Assembly (NCBI GenBank): GCA_036630325.1
Contig: CP142726.1
Location: 1,302,001-1,366,000 of the forward strand
Direction: 5' to 3'
Length of the DNA stretch: 64,000 bases
Source of the DNA: Vairimorpha necatrix
Lineage: Eukaryota
The notes under the pieces are model-generated. The model saw only the letters and a list, made by a program, of their open reading frames with translations, did not search any database and had not been told where the DNA came from. Within the stretch, counting starts at the first letter, position 1. Each line of letters starts with the position of its first letter. The translations under genes and the position numbers were made by a program. This document shows, piece by piece, positions 12,431 through 24,950 of this stretch.

Positions 12431-13114
12431 ATGTTATATTTTTACATCTCAACTCTATTCAAAATATTGTTAGCTGAAAGTAAAACATACACTGCTTTCT
12501 TAACCATAGACAATTTAGAATATAATTGTATTGTTTCTTCGGAATTTGATGATACTACATTTAGTATAAACAAATTTAGCAAATTAGTATTGAATTTTAT
12601 GATTGATGATAAAAGCGGTGTATATATAAATCTTGATGACAAATTTGTTAAGATTAGAGACATAAAATATACATGTTCGATTGATGGATATGATTTTAAT
12701 GGGAAGTTGTTGAGTTCACTACGACTATTTGATAAAAAAGAACTTATAATTATTTTTCAAGGTAGCCACAATGCTTCATTTGAATATCATTGTACAAATC
12801 AAATTAGTTGCCTTTCTTCATTGAATTGCAAGTTTGGCAAAATGAATTTGATGGGAAATGACAATTTTAATTTTGACTATATAATTACAAATCTTTTTTT
12901 TGAGCAGAGCCCACGTTCAATAACATCAATTTTCCGACAAAATGGTAATTATATCTTAACTAATAGCAATTGTAAAAGTACTAATAAGTGTTTTTACAGA
13001 GACCATAGATATTCGATGCATAAAAATCTACGAATGTTTAAAACAAACATAATAAAATTTACAACAACTAAAAATTTGAAAATATCGTTCTTAAATGTTG
13101 ACAATCATGAGTAA
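12431..13114 (+). CDS. Secreted family A protein, copy 3 (subtype B)
   Basis: ATG follows CCCAC. Signal-peptide-like N-terminus. Close paralog of 23234..23929 (ILLAES.TYTA.LTI.NL...C, TTFSINKF, CSI.GYD.NGKLLS). Confidence 0.85.
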   Translation: MLYFYISTLFKILLAESKTYTAFLTIDNLEYNCIVSSEFDDTTFSINKFSKLVLNFMIDDKSGVYINLDDKFVKIRDIKYTCSIDGYDFNGKLLSSLRLFDKKELIIIFQGSHNASFEYHCTNQISCLSSLNCKFGKMNLMGNDNFNFDYIITNLFFEQSPRSITSIFRQNGNYILTNSNCKSTNKCFYRDHRYSMHKNLRMFKTNIIKFTTTKNLKISFLNVDNHE

Positions 13115-14270
13115 ACCGAAGTTGATTAACTATTCTTTACATAATATTATAATTTTTTTGAAACTAAATTAAATATTTTTGTATTCATAAATTGGTAGTG
13201 GTTTATACAAAAAAAATCTTTTAGAATTTTCATTCTTTTGTTGTATTTTATATTGATACAAGGTACTGTAATAAAAGTAATGATATATATTAAATTGTAA
13301 CCATGCATTTGAGTATTTAATAGTTTTAGATTTTTTTTTATTAATTTACAATAAAAAAACTTGCAATTTTTAGTTTATATGCTGTAAAGCAAAACTTCAA
13401 TGACAAAATGCAAGTTCAAGGTTAATTATTAAGAATTACAACTATAAAAGATTTGTTTTTTTTGTTAACCTTTTAATTTGTATAAGTTATAAATTTTGAT
13501 TTTCAAGGCAAAAATTTATTTATAATGTAATAACAATAGAGAGGATCGAAAATTAATTCAATCGTTCGCTTTCTCTCACCAAAAAAGTACTATTGAAAAA
13601 TTGAAGTGGAGGAAAAAAAACAAAAATATTTTACTTATAGGATTTTTCCATTTTATGTTTAAAACAACTATTAGTAAGATATAATAGTTTTTTTTTCAAC
13701 AACGGAAACCTAGCTAATTAATGTTTGATTATATGCTCAAATATATCTGTAATTAATGTATAATCTTTTTTGTGTAAAGTTTCTCACCAAGGGAACACTA
13801 TATTTCAAAAATACATCTACTCACTTTTTACTAAATTCTCCTGTATAAGTTTTTTGTCTCGTTAAATAATAAAGCTTGAACTAACAATCGGCATAAATTT
13901 TAGAACAAAAATCATTTGAATTGTTACAATAATTTCCTAAATATCACAGAAATGCTATTAAAATAAAACAAATTTTTTTTAAAACAATTTATTCATATTT
14001 GAAAGCTAATTAATACAGATGTTCCTTATAAATATCACATTAGTTAAGTTTAAATGTCTATTAATACTTCATTTAATTTACTCTTCGACGTTTGTTTTAA
14101 TTTTTAGAGTAAAAAACAAAAAATATACTAAACTTTCGTTTTTTATCCCACTATTTAATCGACCATAATTCTAGATTTAAGATGCAAAAGTGTATATTTT
14201 TTTTTGCTTACAATATATTCTAACGTGATTACTAATAATTTTATAATTTTTTTGACTTTTAATCATTATG

Positions 14271-15282
14271 AGGCTAAAGTGCACTATAGGAATATTTTTT
14301 GAACTAGGGATTTTTATTTTTTTGCCCCTTTTTTGAAAAATGGAGGAAGGAATCAAAACAAGAGAAGAATTGGAAGTGTTATATAATGAACTGATAAGAG
14401 AAAAAACAATTAACATTTGTGATCAATGTGGAGGTCAAATACGTAAAGTAAGTAAAAAGGAGTATTTTTAACTTGTACTTGAAAGGGCTGTCGAGAGGCA
14501 ATTTTTATTCGGCATGACACTTTCTTTAGTAATTCTAAACTTTGTCACTTGACAATTACAAATACTTAATCTGTGGATTCTTAGGTATCCCAATATGTAT
14601 ATTTGTCAAATTTTACGTTGTTCGAAAAAAAACTATACCTACAGTATAAAAAAAACTAAAAGAAATGCACATTTACGGTAAGTATTTGTCATCAATAACC
14701 ATTATAGGCGGAGAGGACATAATGTTAGAAATTGTTTAGACGAAGATAGGAAAAAATAAAAACTACCGAGACAAGCTAGTGAAAGGATTTTGGTGTTTTG
14801 GAATGGTCGAACGCTCAATGGAGCGTAAAATAATACTAGATCACATCAAAAAAGAGATAAAGAAACTCTAACAAAACTTTTATTAAAATATGTAGACACA
14901 AAAGGTATCATACACAGTGATATGTCAGAGCCTATAATTCTTTAGGTACTTTATTTAACCAACACCAAATGATTAACCATACATTACACTTTAAAGACCC
15001 AATCGCGGGAGTTCATACCAATATCACAGAAGGTATTTGGCGTTCTCTTAAAAATTCTATACCATATCGAAACAGATCAACCAATAGTGGGAAACTATAT
15101 CTGTTTAGATATATACTCCAAAAAATTCTCCTACCATAGTCTTTGCTGCTTTATGAAATCTTTTATTCTAAATTGTTTATTTTCTTTCTTCCTCTCCATC
15201 TTCTTCCTCCATTTTTCAAAAAAAGGGGCAAAAAAACTAAAAACCCTAGTTCAAACAATATTCCTATAGCGCACTTTAGCCC
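14271..15282 (+). mobile_element. Degenerate Merlin (IS1595/ISXO2-like DDE) transposon
   Basis: ~80-bp TIRs (GGCTAAAGTGC.CTATAGGAATATT..TTGAACTAGGG...GCCCCTTTTTTGAAAAATGGAGGAAG). Broken transposase motifs IGG..I, IHSD, INH...FKDP..GVHTN..EGIW.SLK. No recognisable TSD. Confidence 0.85.
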
Positions 15283-15350
15283 AAAACTTGTATTAGAAAT
15301 TTTCAAAAATATCGGCGTCTATTCTATGTAATATTAAACAGAAAAAAAAT

Positions 15351-15915
15351 GGAGAAGGTACAAAATTATCCCTCCTCGAAGGAATACTATACATTTTTGA
15401 ACAAAAAAAAAGAAGTGCAAGAAATGATACAAAAACAGCCAAGCAAACATGATATTAAAAATAGAAAATAAACATATATTTATACACAAAAAATCGAATT
15501 TTAAATTTGCGCTATTATGATTTTGATTATTATGCATTTTTACATTGTTAAATATTTTTAAGAGTTGGTTAAAAGTATAGGTGCTCTTTTTTTTATTAAT
15601 CTCTGCCTATAATTTTCAACTGAAAAAGGAAAACCAGTCCAATTTTAAACACATATTCTATAATTAAACATTTTTTAATAAGAAATCTCAAATATAAAAT
15701 ATGTATAATTTATTATAAATGTATAATTTAATGGTTAATACATTATTAAAATGAATTTTTATATACAAACATATTTTTATTTGGCATTTTTAATATTTTA
15801 AGATAGCAGCGATTTGAGTGCTAGTGGATGCTCCTCTTTTTTTGCACTTCATTTTTTGGGTTCGAAAAAATAAAGTGAACACCCACCGAGGGAGTAGTTT
15901 GATCCCCGTCACCCC
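15351..15915. mobile_element. Degenerate MITE of the same TIR family as 46933..47774
   Basis: 15760-15915 (GCTCCTC...TTGCACTTC.TTTT..GGGTTCGAAAAAATAAAGTGAACACCC) matches the right TIR at 47685-47741. A decayed left TIR lies at ~15351-15490. Confidence 0.6.
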
Positions 15916-16079
15916 CGATAATATATTAAAAATCAAAAAATGACTTCTATCAAATGTCTATTCTTAATTAAGAAGTTTCTTTGTCGCTCTACCGAGTATC
16001 ATAAAATATCTTCCGTAAAAAAATTCAAATTTAAAGTTGTGCATATTTTGACATATAAAACTTGAAATAAAATGACCCC

Positions 16080-16766
16080 ATGTTTATTTCGAGTTTATTT
16101 ATAATTTCTAAACTTGTGCTAGCTGCTAGCCCGACTAAAAACACGGAGGTGATTGTTGATAATTTGGAAGATAAGTGTACTGTAATCTATAAGAAGAATT
16201 TTAAAATTAGTAACGAGTATAAGTTGAAGAAACTAGTACTGAAATTAAAAAACAATAATCGAACTTTTATGATGTTAAACCTCGATGAGATGAAGTTAAC
16301 TTTTTTCCACTTACAGTCTCCTTTTAATATTGAAGGATATAATAAAAATGGAGAGTTGGTATTAGATACTTCGATAGAGGACGCAGAAGACGTTGGAATT
16401 GATTTAGAAGCAAATAAAAAGGCCTCATTTCGATTTTCAAGCGAAAATATAACGTATTGTACGAATACTTTAGATTTTAAAGACCAAGAAAAAAATGATA
16501 ATTCAGAACATCGAAATTTGAATATTAATAGAAAAATGTTTTATTTAAATTCCCCCGAAGAAAAAACGTTTATCACAAAAGAAAATGATGATGTTTTTAT
16601 AATTCCCGGAAACCATGGATCTGATTTGCCATTTTTTTTTATCGAAGAGTTATCTTCAGGACAAGCAGTTAATTTTAAAACAAGTAAAAAGAAAACTAAA
16701 TTCTCGTCAAAAGATCTAATAATATCTTTTCGATTTATAGAATCATTTGATGATCCTATATTATAG
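16080..16766 (+). CDS. Secreted family A protein, copy 4
   Basis: ATG follows CCCC. Signal-peptide-like N-terminus. Motifs VIVDNLEDKC, IEGYNKNGEL, PEEKTFITKEN. Confidence 0.85.
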   Translation: MFISSLFIISKLVLAASPTKNTEVIVDNLEDKCTVIYKKNFKISNEYKLKKLVLKLKNNNRTFMMLNLDEMKLTFFHLQSPFNIEGYNKNGELVLDTSIEDAEDVGIDLEANKKASFRFSSENITYCTNTLDFKDQEKNDNSEHRNLNINRKMFYLNSPEEKTFITKENDDVFIIPGNHGSDLPFFFIEELSSGQAVNFKTSKKKTKFSSKDLIISFRFIESFDDPIL

Positions 16767-17239
16767 CCAATAAACTTTTAATTTAAAAATTTAAATTTTT
16801 TATATTTAAATTATAAAATTAAAAAAAAACTCACAAAAGTTTTATTCTTAAATAAGGCTATGCTTGTCAGGTGGCTATGATAAGTGGGTTTATACTAAAT
16901 AGTTTACTTTTCATATTAAAACATGATTGTTTCCACTGTAACTACTACATTTATCTTGTTTGTATATTGCAAATATTTTAATGCTATTATAAAGTTGTAT
17001 CGTAAAATATCGAGTGTATAAAGAATCATGTCCATGTTAATTAATCAAAAGTTTAATTTTTTTTTTATCTTTTGTCTAATTTAAACATTAAAAAAATCTA
17101 GATCTTGTATTAACGACAAAATTACAGTATTAAGTTTGATATTGTTCTATAAAAACAATTAGTTATATAGTCTATATTGTACATAAAATTGTCCTAAACG
17201 TTGTCTTAAAGTTGTATATACACAAGGCATTTATGATTT

Positions 17240-17760
17240 GAAAAAAAAATCGCTAAAAATGAGACTTCTTGTGGTATATGCTTTTGATTAGTTGATTTAC
17301 AAGATTGAGAAAACATCTAATGGAAAGTTTTGATGAATGGTATTTATGTATATCGTAGTAAAATTAGAAAAACGCCACAAAGATTAAATTAGTTTTTATG
17401 AATGAACTCGGGTTTAATACTAAATTTTATAAGAAAAAATATTATATTGAGATGTATCGGATGAGAGTTTAATATGACGTTTTACATTTAGAAACGACTT
17501 TTTTTTAATATTCAAATTGTATATAATCTCGATCGAGAACACTTAACATGATTAAAAAAGTTGAAAGCATTAATAATGCCCTCGGTGTAGGTGAAGGGCG
17601 AATGTTGGAGCAAAGGTCCATGATAATGAAGAAGAGCTTGTTATATTTAAACTCGTGCATGAGCTTTAAATAAAAATTCACAAACAAAGTAGAATTCCAT
17701 AATGATATCTAGTACAAGATTTTAGTTGTTTAAACAAAAACAATAAAGTATCTTCTTATA
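17240..17760 (+). mobile_element. Possible heavily decayed IS630/Tc1-like transposase remnant
   Basis: VFMNELGFN at ~17392-17418 resembles the first catalytic motif (IF.DE.GF). No TIRs were identified and boundaries are approximate. Confidence 0.3.
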
Positions 17761-18899
17761 CATGAACATAATTTGTTACTACTAGATTATTGTCCGAAAA
17801 ATAGGACAAAAATGGATATCAACTAAACGATTACACATGAAAAAAAAATTAAATAATACAAAAATTTTATTTACTAATTATTTGATTTTAATTGTCTATT
17901 ACGAATAAACAATAAATTTTTACCATACACATCATTATCTCTACCACATATACATATATATATTTAAGATTACTTACACCTTGATGGTTAAAAACATACA
18001 TTTCATGTTATTTCAGAACAATTTATTTCTTGAGTGTGAAAACCTATCACTGAATAACAACCTTGTTTCTAGGGTAAAGTTTTTTATAAAATCGGCATAG
18101 GCATTAGACACACGAATAAAAAAGTTACTTGTCTTCAAATTTTTGTACAATTGCGAGAAATACTCAATCAACTATTCGACAAATTATCTAGCAACAGATA
18201 TGTGACGTTATTGTATTTAAACTCTTATTTTCATTGAAAGATGCACTAATATGATTTTGATGATAATTAAACGACTTGTGTTTAGGGAATTCGATATTTT
18301 TATTTAAGAGCAATTCAATTCGATCTATAAAGTATTTTTTTAATTTTTATATTGGTTTAATGATTAACTTTTTGGGGTATGTACTCTCTAAAAGCATATC
18401 AAAACTAAGGTCTCAAATATTTCCAGACTATAAGATATAACAAATAAAGTAGCAATTATCAGAAGCCGCACCTACGAAAAAAATGAATTATATTTTCAAA
18501 ATTTTTTAGGTTAAATTCAGCCTTTATTATCATATGCTAGGCGGGTAGCGTTATTAAATTACCGATGTTCCTTAGTATTATAAATACCATCAATTTTTTT
18601 TTGCCAATTTTATTTTTTAAAATAAACCATTCGATAATTATTCGAAACATTTACTATATGTTTGGGTTTAAACTTATCCCCAAATAACGACCAGGATAAC
18701 TGCCAATAGCTCCCTAGACAAAAGGACTCTCATGAAGCATTCGAGCTAGCAATAACAATCTTGATAAATGGCCCATGCGAGCAAAATGAAAATGGACAAC
18801 ACTCTTGTTAACTGAGTCATTTTGCTTTATGCAACCACCAGGGTTGCGTCGCTTTTGGTTATTTTTCTTAACAATATCTTTATGTTTTAAAAGAACATA

Positions 18900-19760
18900 A
18901 TTTATGCTTTATAATATCTTAATTACTAATTACTTGACACAAGATGCAAATACAATCTCTTCTGACAGTGCCCGAAGTTCCTTCTGAAGTCCACATATTT
19001 GGCTCTTGAATACCTCTTCCAGCCCAGTATCATGCCCATGTCTGATTGACATAGTATGCCTTTCCAAAGTCATTTTAAGTACTTTTTTCTGTTTATATGC
19101 GCTCGTTTTGGGTTCTAATTAGAACTTTTTAATATGTGCGTGATGTAAATTAGGTACTATTCAATGCCAGTTCATTACGTAAAAAATAATTTTCAGTTTT
19201 TATTTCAGAAAGAAACGAAATGATTTACAAGCAAGTCGTATTTATGTTTATTTTCTGTTTCTACCGCATGAAGGTTGTTAAAGATTGTGATTTCAACTTC
19301 AACAACGATCACTTCTTTTCTCAACTTGTCCACAATTAGTATATCAGGCTTTTTATACTTTATTTTGATACTTAAATGTATCTTAGTGTCAACACTTATC
19401 TCAGTATACTCATTATCTAACATTCCTGGACTGGATGAATTCTAATTCTTTAGCATGGGATAATCCATACGTCTTACATAACTACTGATGTATCTATCGT
19501 AGTGCAATCTTGTGTAATCATGTGAAAGTATACGATCACATTGGGTGCCAATTGATCGTCCGTCTTCGAATATTCGTAACAGTGTGAGCATTTTTTCTGG
19601 TTCTTTAAAAAAATATTTCCGTCTTGTGATGCATATAGACTACCTTCCTCTCCTGTGCTTAGATTTAATTTTGTAAGCTACGTAGCAGCCCGTTTTATAT
19701 CAATATGTAGGTCGTATGGCGGCCCAAATAACTCTGAATGGTTTATTTTAGTTTTATATC
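18900..19760 (-). mobile_element. Non-LTR retrotransposon remnant with zinc knuckle and restriction-like endonuclease (R4/R2-type)
   Basis: CSHC...DQ.A..C...HDYT.LH knuckle at ~19500-19590. KPDILIVDK..KEVIVVEV.IT...KYDLL in ORF 19205..19423. Downstream YV..W and AY.Q..LK.TL motifs. Frameshifted. Confidence 0.8.
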
Positions 19761-19965
19761 GCTATAAAGAGTTTAGGTTTAAGACTTTAATAATATTTTG
19801 AAATTTATTATTTAGATAATTAGATGTTTTTTAATATAAAAAATCATGCTTTAAAACATTTCTAGAGACTAATATAGACAGGAAAAACATAATAAAGAAC
19901 ACTCGTTTTTTTACAATTAAAATGTGATTAATTAAATTTTTAAAAAACTTTGAAAAAATACCCAA

Positions 19966-20649
19966 ATGTTCTTTGCTTACTCAAATATATTTTTTAAGAT
20001 TCTGGGAGCAACGGCTCCTACAAAAAAAACAAAGGTTATTGTGGATAATTTGGATGGCAAATGTACTGTTTTCTGTAAAGATAACAATTTTATTTGTACT
20101 GAATATAAATTAGAAAAATTAGTCTTCAAAATTAAAACTAATAATGAAAGTTATATTGCGTTGGATTTGGACGACAATCATTTAACTCTAATGCACTTAC
20201 AACATCCGTGTATAATTGAGGGATACAATAAAAATGGAAAGCTTGTGTTAAGAACACGTATTGAAGATGCAAAAAACATAGGTCTTGATTTAGAGAAAAA
20301 TTTGAATGCCTCATTTCAATTTTCAAGCGAAAGTATGACGCAATGTTTAATTATGGTGGGATTTCGAGAAGAAGATGAAAATGTTAAGTCAAAACGACGA
20401 GAAGTTGAATGTTATGATAAATTTTTTTATTATAATACACCTGAAGAAAAAACATTTTTAATTATAGAAAACGATAAATATGTTCTGCTTCCTGAAAATA
20501 TTGACGGGAAATCACCAAATATTTTTACCGGCAAGTCATCTCCAGAACCTTCTTTGCCTCAAATTACCAGTAAAAAGAAAATTGAATTCTCGACTAACAA
20601 GGATTTATTCATTACATTGAGATTTATAAGATCTATTATCGACGCTTAA
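19966..20649 (+). CDS. Secreted family A protein, copy 5
   Basis: ATG follows CCCAA. Motifs VIVDNLDGKC, PCIIEGYNKNGKLVL, TPEEKTF, KKIEFSTNKDL. The N-terminus is only weakly hydrophobic. Confidence 0.85.
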   Translation: MFFAYSNIFFKILGATAPTKKTKVIVDNLDGKCTVFCKDNNFICTEYKLEKLVFKIKTNNESYIALDLDDNHLTLMHLQHPCIIEGYNKNGKLVLRTRIEDAKNIGLDLEKNLNASFQFSSESMTQCLIMVGFREEDENVKSKRREVECYDKFFYYNTPEEKTFLIIENDKYVLLPENIDGKSPNIFTGKSSPEPSLPQITSKKKIEFSTNKDLFITLRFIRSIIDA

Positions 20650-21759
20650 CATTACCTAATAAATATTTTTTATTGAAAAAAAAAAAACATATAATATATA
20701 ATTGGTGAAATTTAAAAAAATTATTAAGAGTTTGTCAATGCATTCATTCTTTTTTCCATCCACCCTTTGGAACCCTTTTGACATATAATTAGTAACCAAT
20801 CAAATCAGTATATTTATAGAATGTGATTGGATAATTTTTAATCGGAAACAAAAGTTTCTATACAAAGATGAAACATATTTGGCTTGATTGATATATTGAG
20901 TTTTTTTATTCACAAGTTTTCGGTGTTTGTCATGCAAGATTTGCATGGTTGTCGGTACGATATAAATCGTTAACTTTGAGTAAAGCATGTAAAGTAAATT
21001 TTTTTTTAAACAAAAAAATCAAAGGCACTATATGCATGTATCATATTGATTTTAGTTAGCTGAAATCTAGTAGATCTAAATTTTTTCTAAATTTTTTTTT
21101 TAAAAAAGTGGCTATTACAATAAGGTGCTACTATTAATGTAAAGAATTTGATAAAATTTTGTTCACTAATTTCACCTCATTAACATTAAATTACCTACCT
21201 CGGGTCCAAAATCTGCAAATCATTTTTTACCTAATAATTTATTGTTATTTTGTTCTTAGTATATTTAAAACTCTTATATTATAGGTGTAGATGTTCATCT
21301 GGAAATGAAGATTAAATAAATGTATTAATATAAGCAATAAATATTAAAGATTATATGTTGATTAGAAAAGCAAATGAAAATAATAAAACAAATTCTCTAT
21401 TCAAATATACAATTATTCGCACTAAAATTTCGTTTTTTCAAAAAAAATATTATTTTAATCGAACTTTTTTTATCTGAGTAAAACAACAACCTTAGTCTGA
21501 AAATGTCATGCAAAGAATTTTGCTTTTGTAAGATAAAAAATTTATGATGATATTTAGTAGATTTCAAACATTTCCAATCAATATTTTATTGCAATAAATG
21601 ATATAACTAACAAAACCTATTATTGTTATGATAATCTCCTACCCATTTTCAGGAAAACACATATTAATCATTTTTTGACTAATTATTTATTCTGACTATA
21701 TCAAAAAAAATTCATACGATTTTTATTGCTATTAATTAGTCTAGTTAGTCTTTATAAAA

Positions 21760-22450
21760 GGATACTCAATTGATTAAATCAAAATTAGACTGTTATTTAG
21801 GAGACAATTGGAGGGCGCTACAACATAATATCTCTTTCTGTAATTTGTCATTCATACATGAGAAAATTTTTTTTAAAAATTTTAGCTTATAAAGCACTGT
21901 GAACAATGATACACATATGCTCGTAAAAGTCAATACAAATATTGATGGTACTAATGACTAAGGGTACTACGAGCTTTATTTTAGCAATTGTAAAATCAAT
22001 TGCCGTTAATATAGTATTACATTATAAAGTTAGAGTAAGGTTTTATTTTGCTATGAGTTGTGAGGAGACATGACAATTCTTGGTCGAAACGATTACATTC
22101 AAAATATGATAAATACAATAAAGTTCTATCAGAGACTTGAAGTAAGAAAAAAAACATCTAAGGGCCTACCCAGGAAGCTGTATCAAGCTACTTAATCTCT
22201 AGCAATTAAATGGGTGGCGAAACTTACAAACGTTATAGACTTACGTCGCAAATAAAAGCTTCAAGTTCCTGTTTAAATCTATTAAGACATACACAAAGCC
22301 TCCAGACCTGTATGTACAATTCTTAACGAGGATATTACTTACTCTTATCAAGTAAGTCTTATATGATATTTAGAAGCCGATAATGAACCACCATTTTAAT
22401 GAGCAAAAATAAGCATAAAAAACGTGAGTAACCCACAGTAGAATCTTATA
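21760..22450 (+). mobile_element. Possible decayed reverse-transcriptase remnant
   Basis: AAGGGCCTACCCAGGAAGC at ~22160-22180 resembles the RT G.PQG motif. Locally higher GC and no intact ORF. Confidence 0.3.
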
Positions 22451-23233
22451 ATGACATAAACATGACTTTTTAAGAATAAAAGCTGCGTCAAAAGTAATGA
22501 AATTGTTTGATAAAAATTGTTCAAAGTAAAGTCACATGTTTTATTAAATCAAATAAATAAATAACGTGTTCAAAAAAGCTGCTTCTTGATTGGTGTCAAA
22601 TATCTTGACATTAAAAATTTTGTGACGGTAAATAGGTAAAAAAGGTAGCTAAATTAATTTAATCTCTAATTACGTACTTGATAAAACAAAAACTTCTTTA
22701 TTTGGCATTATATATGTTTTTAAAAAATACAAATATAAAATTTTTTATGTTCTAAATTGCAATATAATCCTGAAAACGTAAATTTAAATGTTTTATAGAC
22801 ATAATGTAATTACCTCAATTAATTTTAGTGTATTCCTAAGCTATTAGCTTTCTGTTTTTAAAAATTAAAAAATTTTATCTTAGTTAGCATTTTTCAGAAA
22901 AGATAATTTAATTATGTTTTAACATAATGAACAGGCCGGTAAAAACTTTGTAACCACTTTAATACAATTATCTTCATTTTAATGAAAATGTCTAAAAGAA
23001 TTTTTGTTCGTCAATAAACGCTATATTTGACATTAAAAAAATTTTAATGTGCATAAAATATGGTTTTTATATATATATTTATTCAATCTCTATATATGGC
23101 ATTATTACTATTTCGAATGCTGTCAAAATATACTGTCTTTGTATGAAAAACAAAAGTGAATATTTTATTGAAATATAGATTTATCATTGAATAATATTCA
23201 ATTAAATATATAAGTAAAAATTTTGAAACCCAT

Positions 23234-23929
23234 ATGTTATTTTTTTACTTCTCAACACTATTAAGAATATTGTTAGCTGAAAGTGAAACATATACAGCTG
23301 TCTTAACCATAGAAAATTTGCAAGAAAATTGTGCTATATCTTCTGAATTGGATAATACTACATTTAGTATAAACAAATTTTATAAATTAGTATTAAAATT
23401 TAGGATTGATGATAAAAGTGATATACATATAAATGTTGATGATGAATATGTCAAAATTAGTGAGTTAAAAGGTTCATGTTCAATTGAAGGTTACGATTAC
23501 AATGGAAAACTGCTAAGTTTACTTCGATTATTTGAGAAAAAAGATTTAGTGATTATTTTTAAAGGCAGCCCAAAAGCCTCATTTCGATTCAGATGTCAGA
23601 AACGACTAAGGTGCCTTTCTTCCTTGGATGGTAAATCTGGTAGAATAAATGTGTTAGGAACTAATGCTTTTAGTGACGATTTTTTTTCTAAAATTTTTTT
23701 TGACCAGAAGCCTAACTCTATAACAACGATCAATAGACAAAATAATAATTATGTGCTGACTAATAATTATTATGAAAACCCGAAGAAATGTTTTAATAAT
23801 GAAGAAGAATTTTCGACTAACCAAAATGTTCAAATTGTTAAAACCAAACAAATCGAATTTACAACAGACAAGGATTTAAGAATATCTTTCTTAAATTGCG
23901 AAGATTATGAACAAAAAAGCGATGTATAA
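23234..23929 (+). CDS. Secreted family A protein, copy 6 (subtype B)
   Basis: ATG follows CCCAT. Close paralog of 12431..13114. C-terminal IEFTTDKDLRISF. Confidence 0.85.
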   Translation: MLFFYFSTLLRILLAESETYTAVLTIENLQENCAISSELDNTTFSINKFYKLVLKFRIDDKSDIHINVDDEYVKISELKGSCSIEGYDYNGKLLSLLRLFEKKDLVIIFKGSPKASFRFRCQKRLRCLSSLDGKSGRINVLGTNAFSDDFFSKIFFDQKPNSITTINRQNNNYVLTNNYYENPKKCFNNEEEFSTNQNVQIVKTKQIEFTTDKDLRISFLNCEDYEQKSDV

Positions 23930-24950
23930 ATAAATAATTTATATTTTAGATGCTTTTTTTATTATATTTCGAATGTTTATAGAGATGAAATCTTCATTAA
24001 TTCAAGTATTGAAATGTGTTTATGTTTAAAAAGGAAATGTATATCTTCGTGGTGTGTTTTTTTTTGTATATTTAGATCGTATTGTATTTTTCAATAAAAT
24101 GAATAATTTTTTTGCAAATTACTTAATATAGATTTTGTCAACGTGCATTCGACGATTTTTTTGTTTAAGACAATAAGCTGAAAAGAAAAAGTCAATTTAA
24201 TATAGTATTTTGGTCTTATATATCTAAAAAAAAATGTTAGAATATTGGATTGTTTTCATTTATCGATTGTTTGAATTTTAGCTATATAAAAGTATTCATT
24301 AATTATATAAATAAAATTTTTAAAGTTAAAATCATTTGTATATAAAGTCCGATAAAAAATTTGTATGCCCAAATTTGCTTGTTGGAATATCAAATTCCCT
24401 TTTTATTGCATAAATTAAGACATAATAACACTTTATGTTGATTTATAGTTAGTCAAAAAATAATCAATCTTTTCCAATAAATTATTTCTAATATATTATT
24501 TATGTTTATTGTGGTCAAGAGAAGGCCATAAAAACATATTATGCACTCAACTCTATATTGTTTATATACAAATCACGAATGATGAACTTTTAATAACTTT
24601 GACCAAGTAAGTCATTATAATTAACAATTTTATTGCAGTTAACATATCAAATACATCGTTGGATATGTTTAGCATGTTATACAAAAATATAATTCTTAAC
24701 ATAATTTCTCCTTTTGTTTTAGACGACTTGTCCTATTTTTTTAAAAAAAAAATTTAGCTACGATTTTTTTTAAACCGTCAAAAAAATTAATAAAGGAAAA
24801 TAAATTATTTTAACAAACCTAAATTTGAAAAAATTTTAATCATACCGTATATACGAAATTATGTTTATTTTTTAAAATATGATACATATTTTTAACCGTC
24901 AAACATTAAAAATTTTTTATTTAAAAAAAATATTTTTTTTGTCCCCAATA

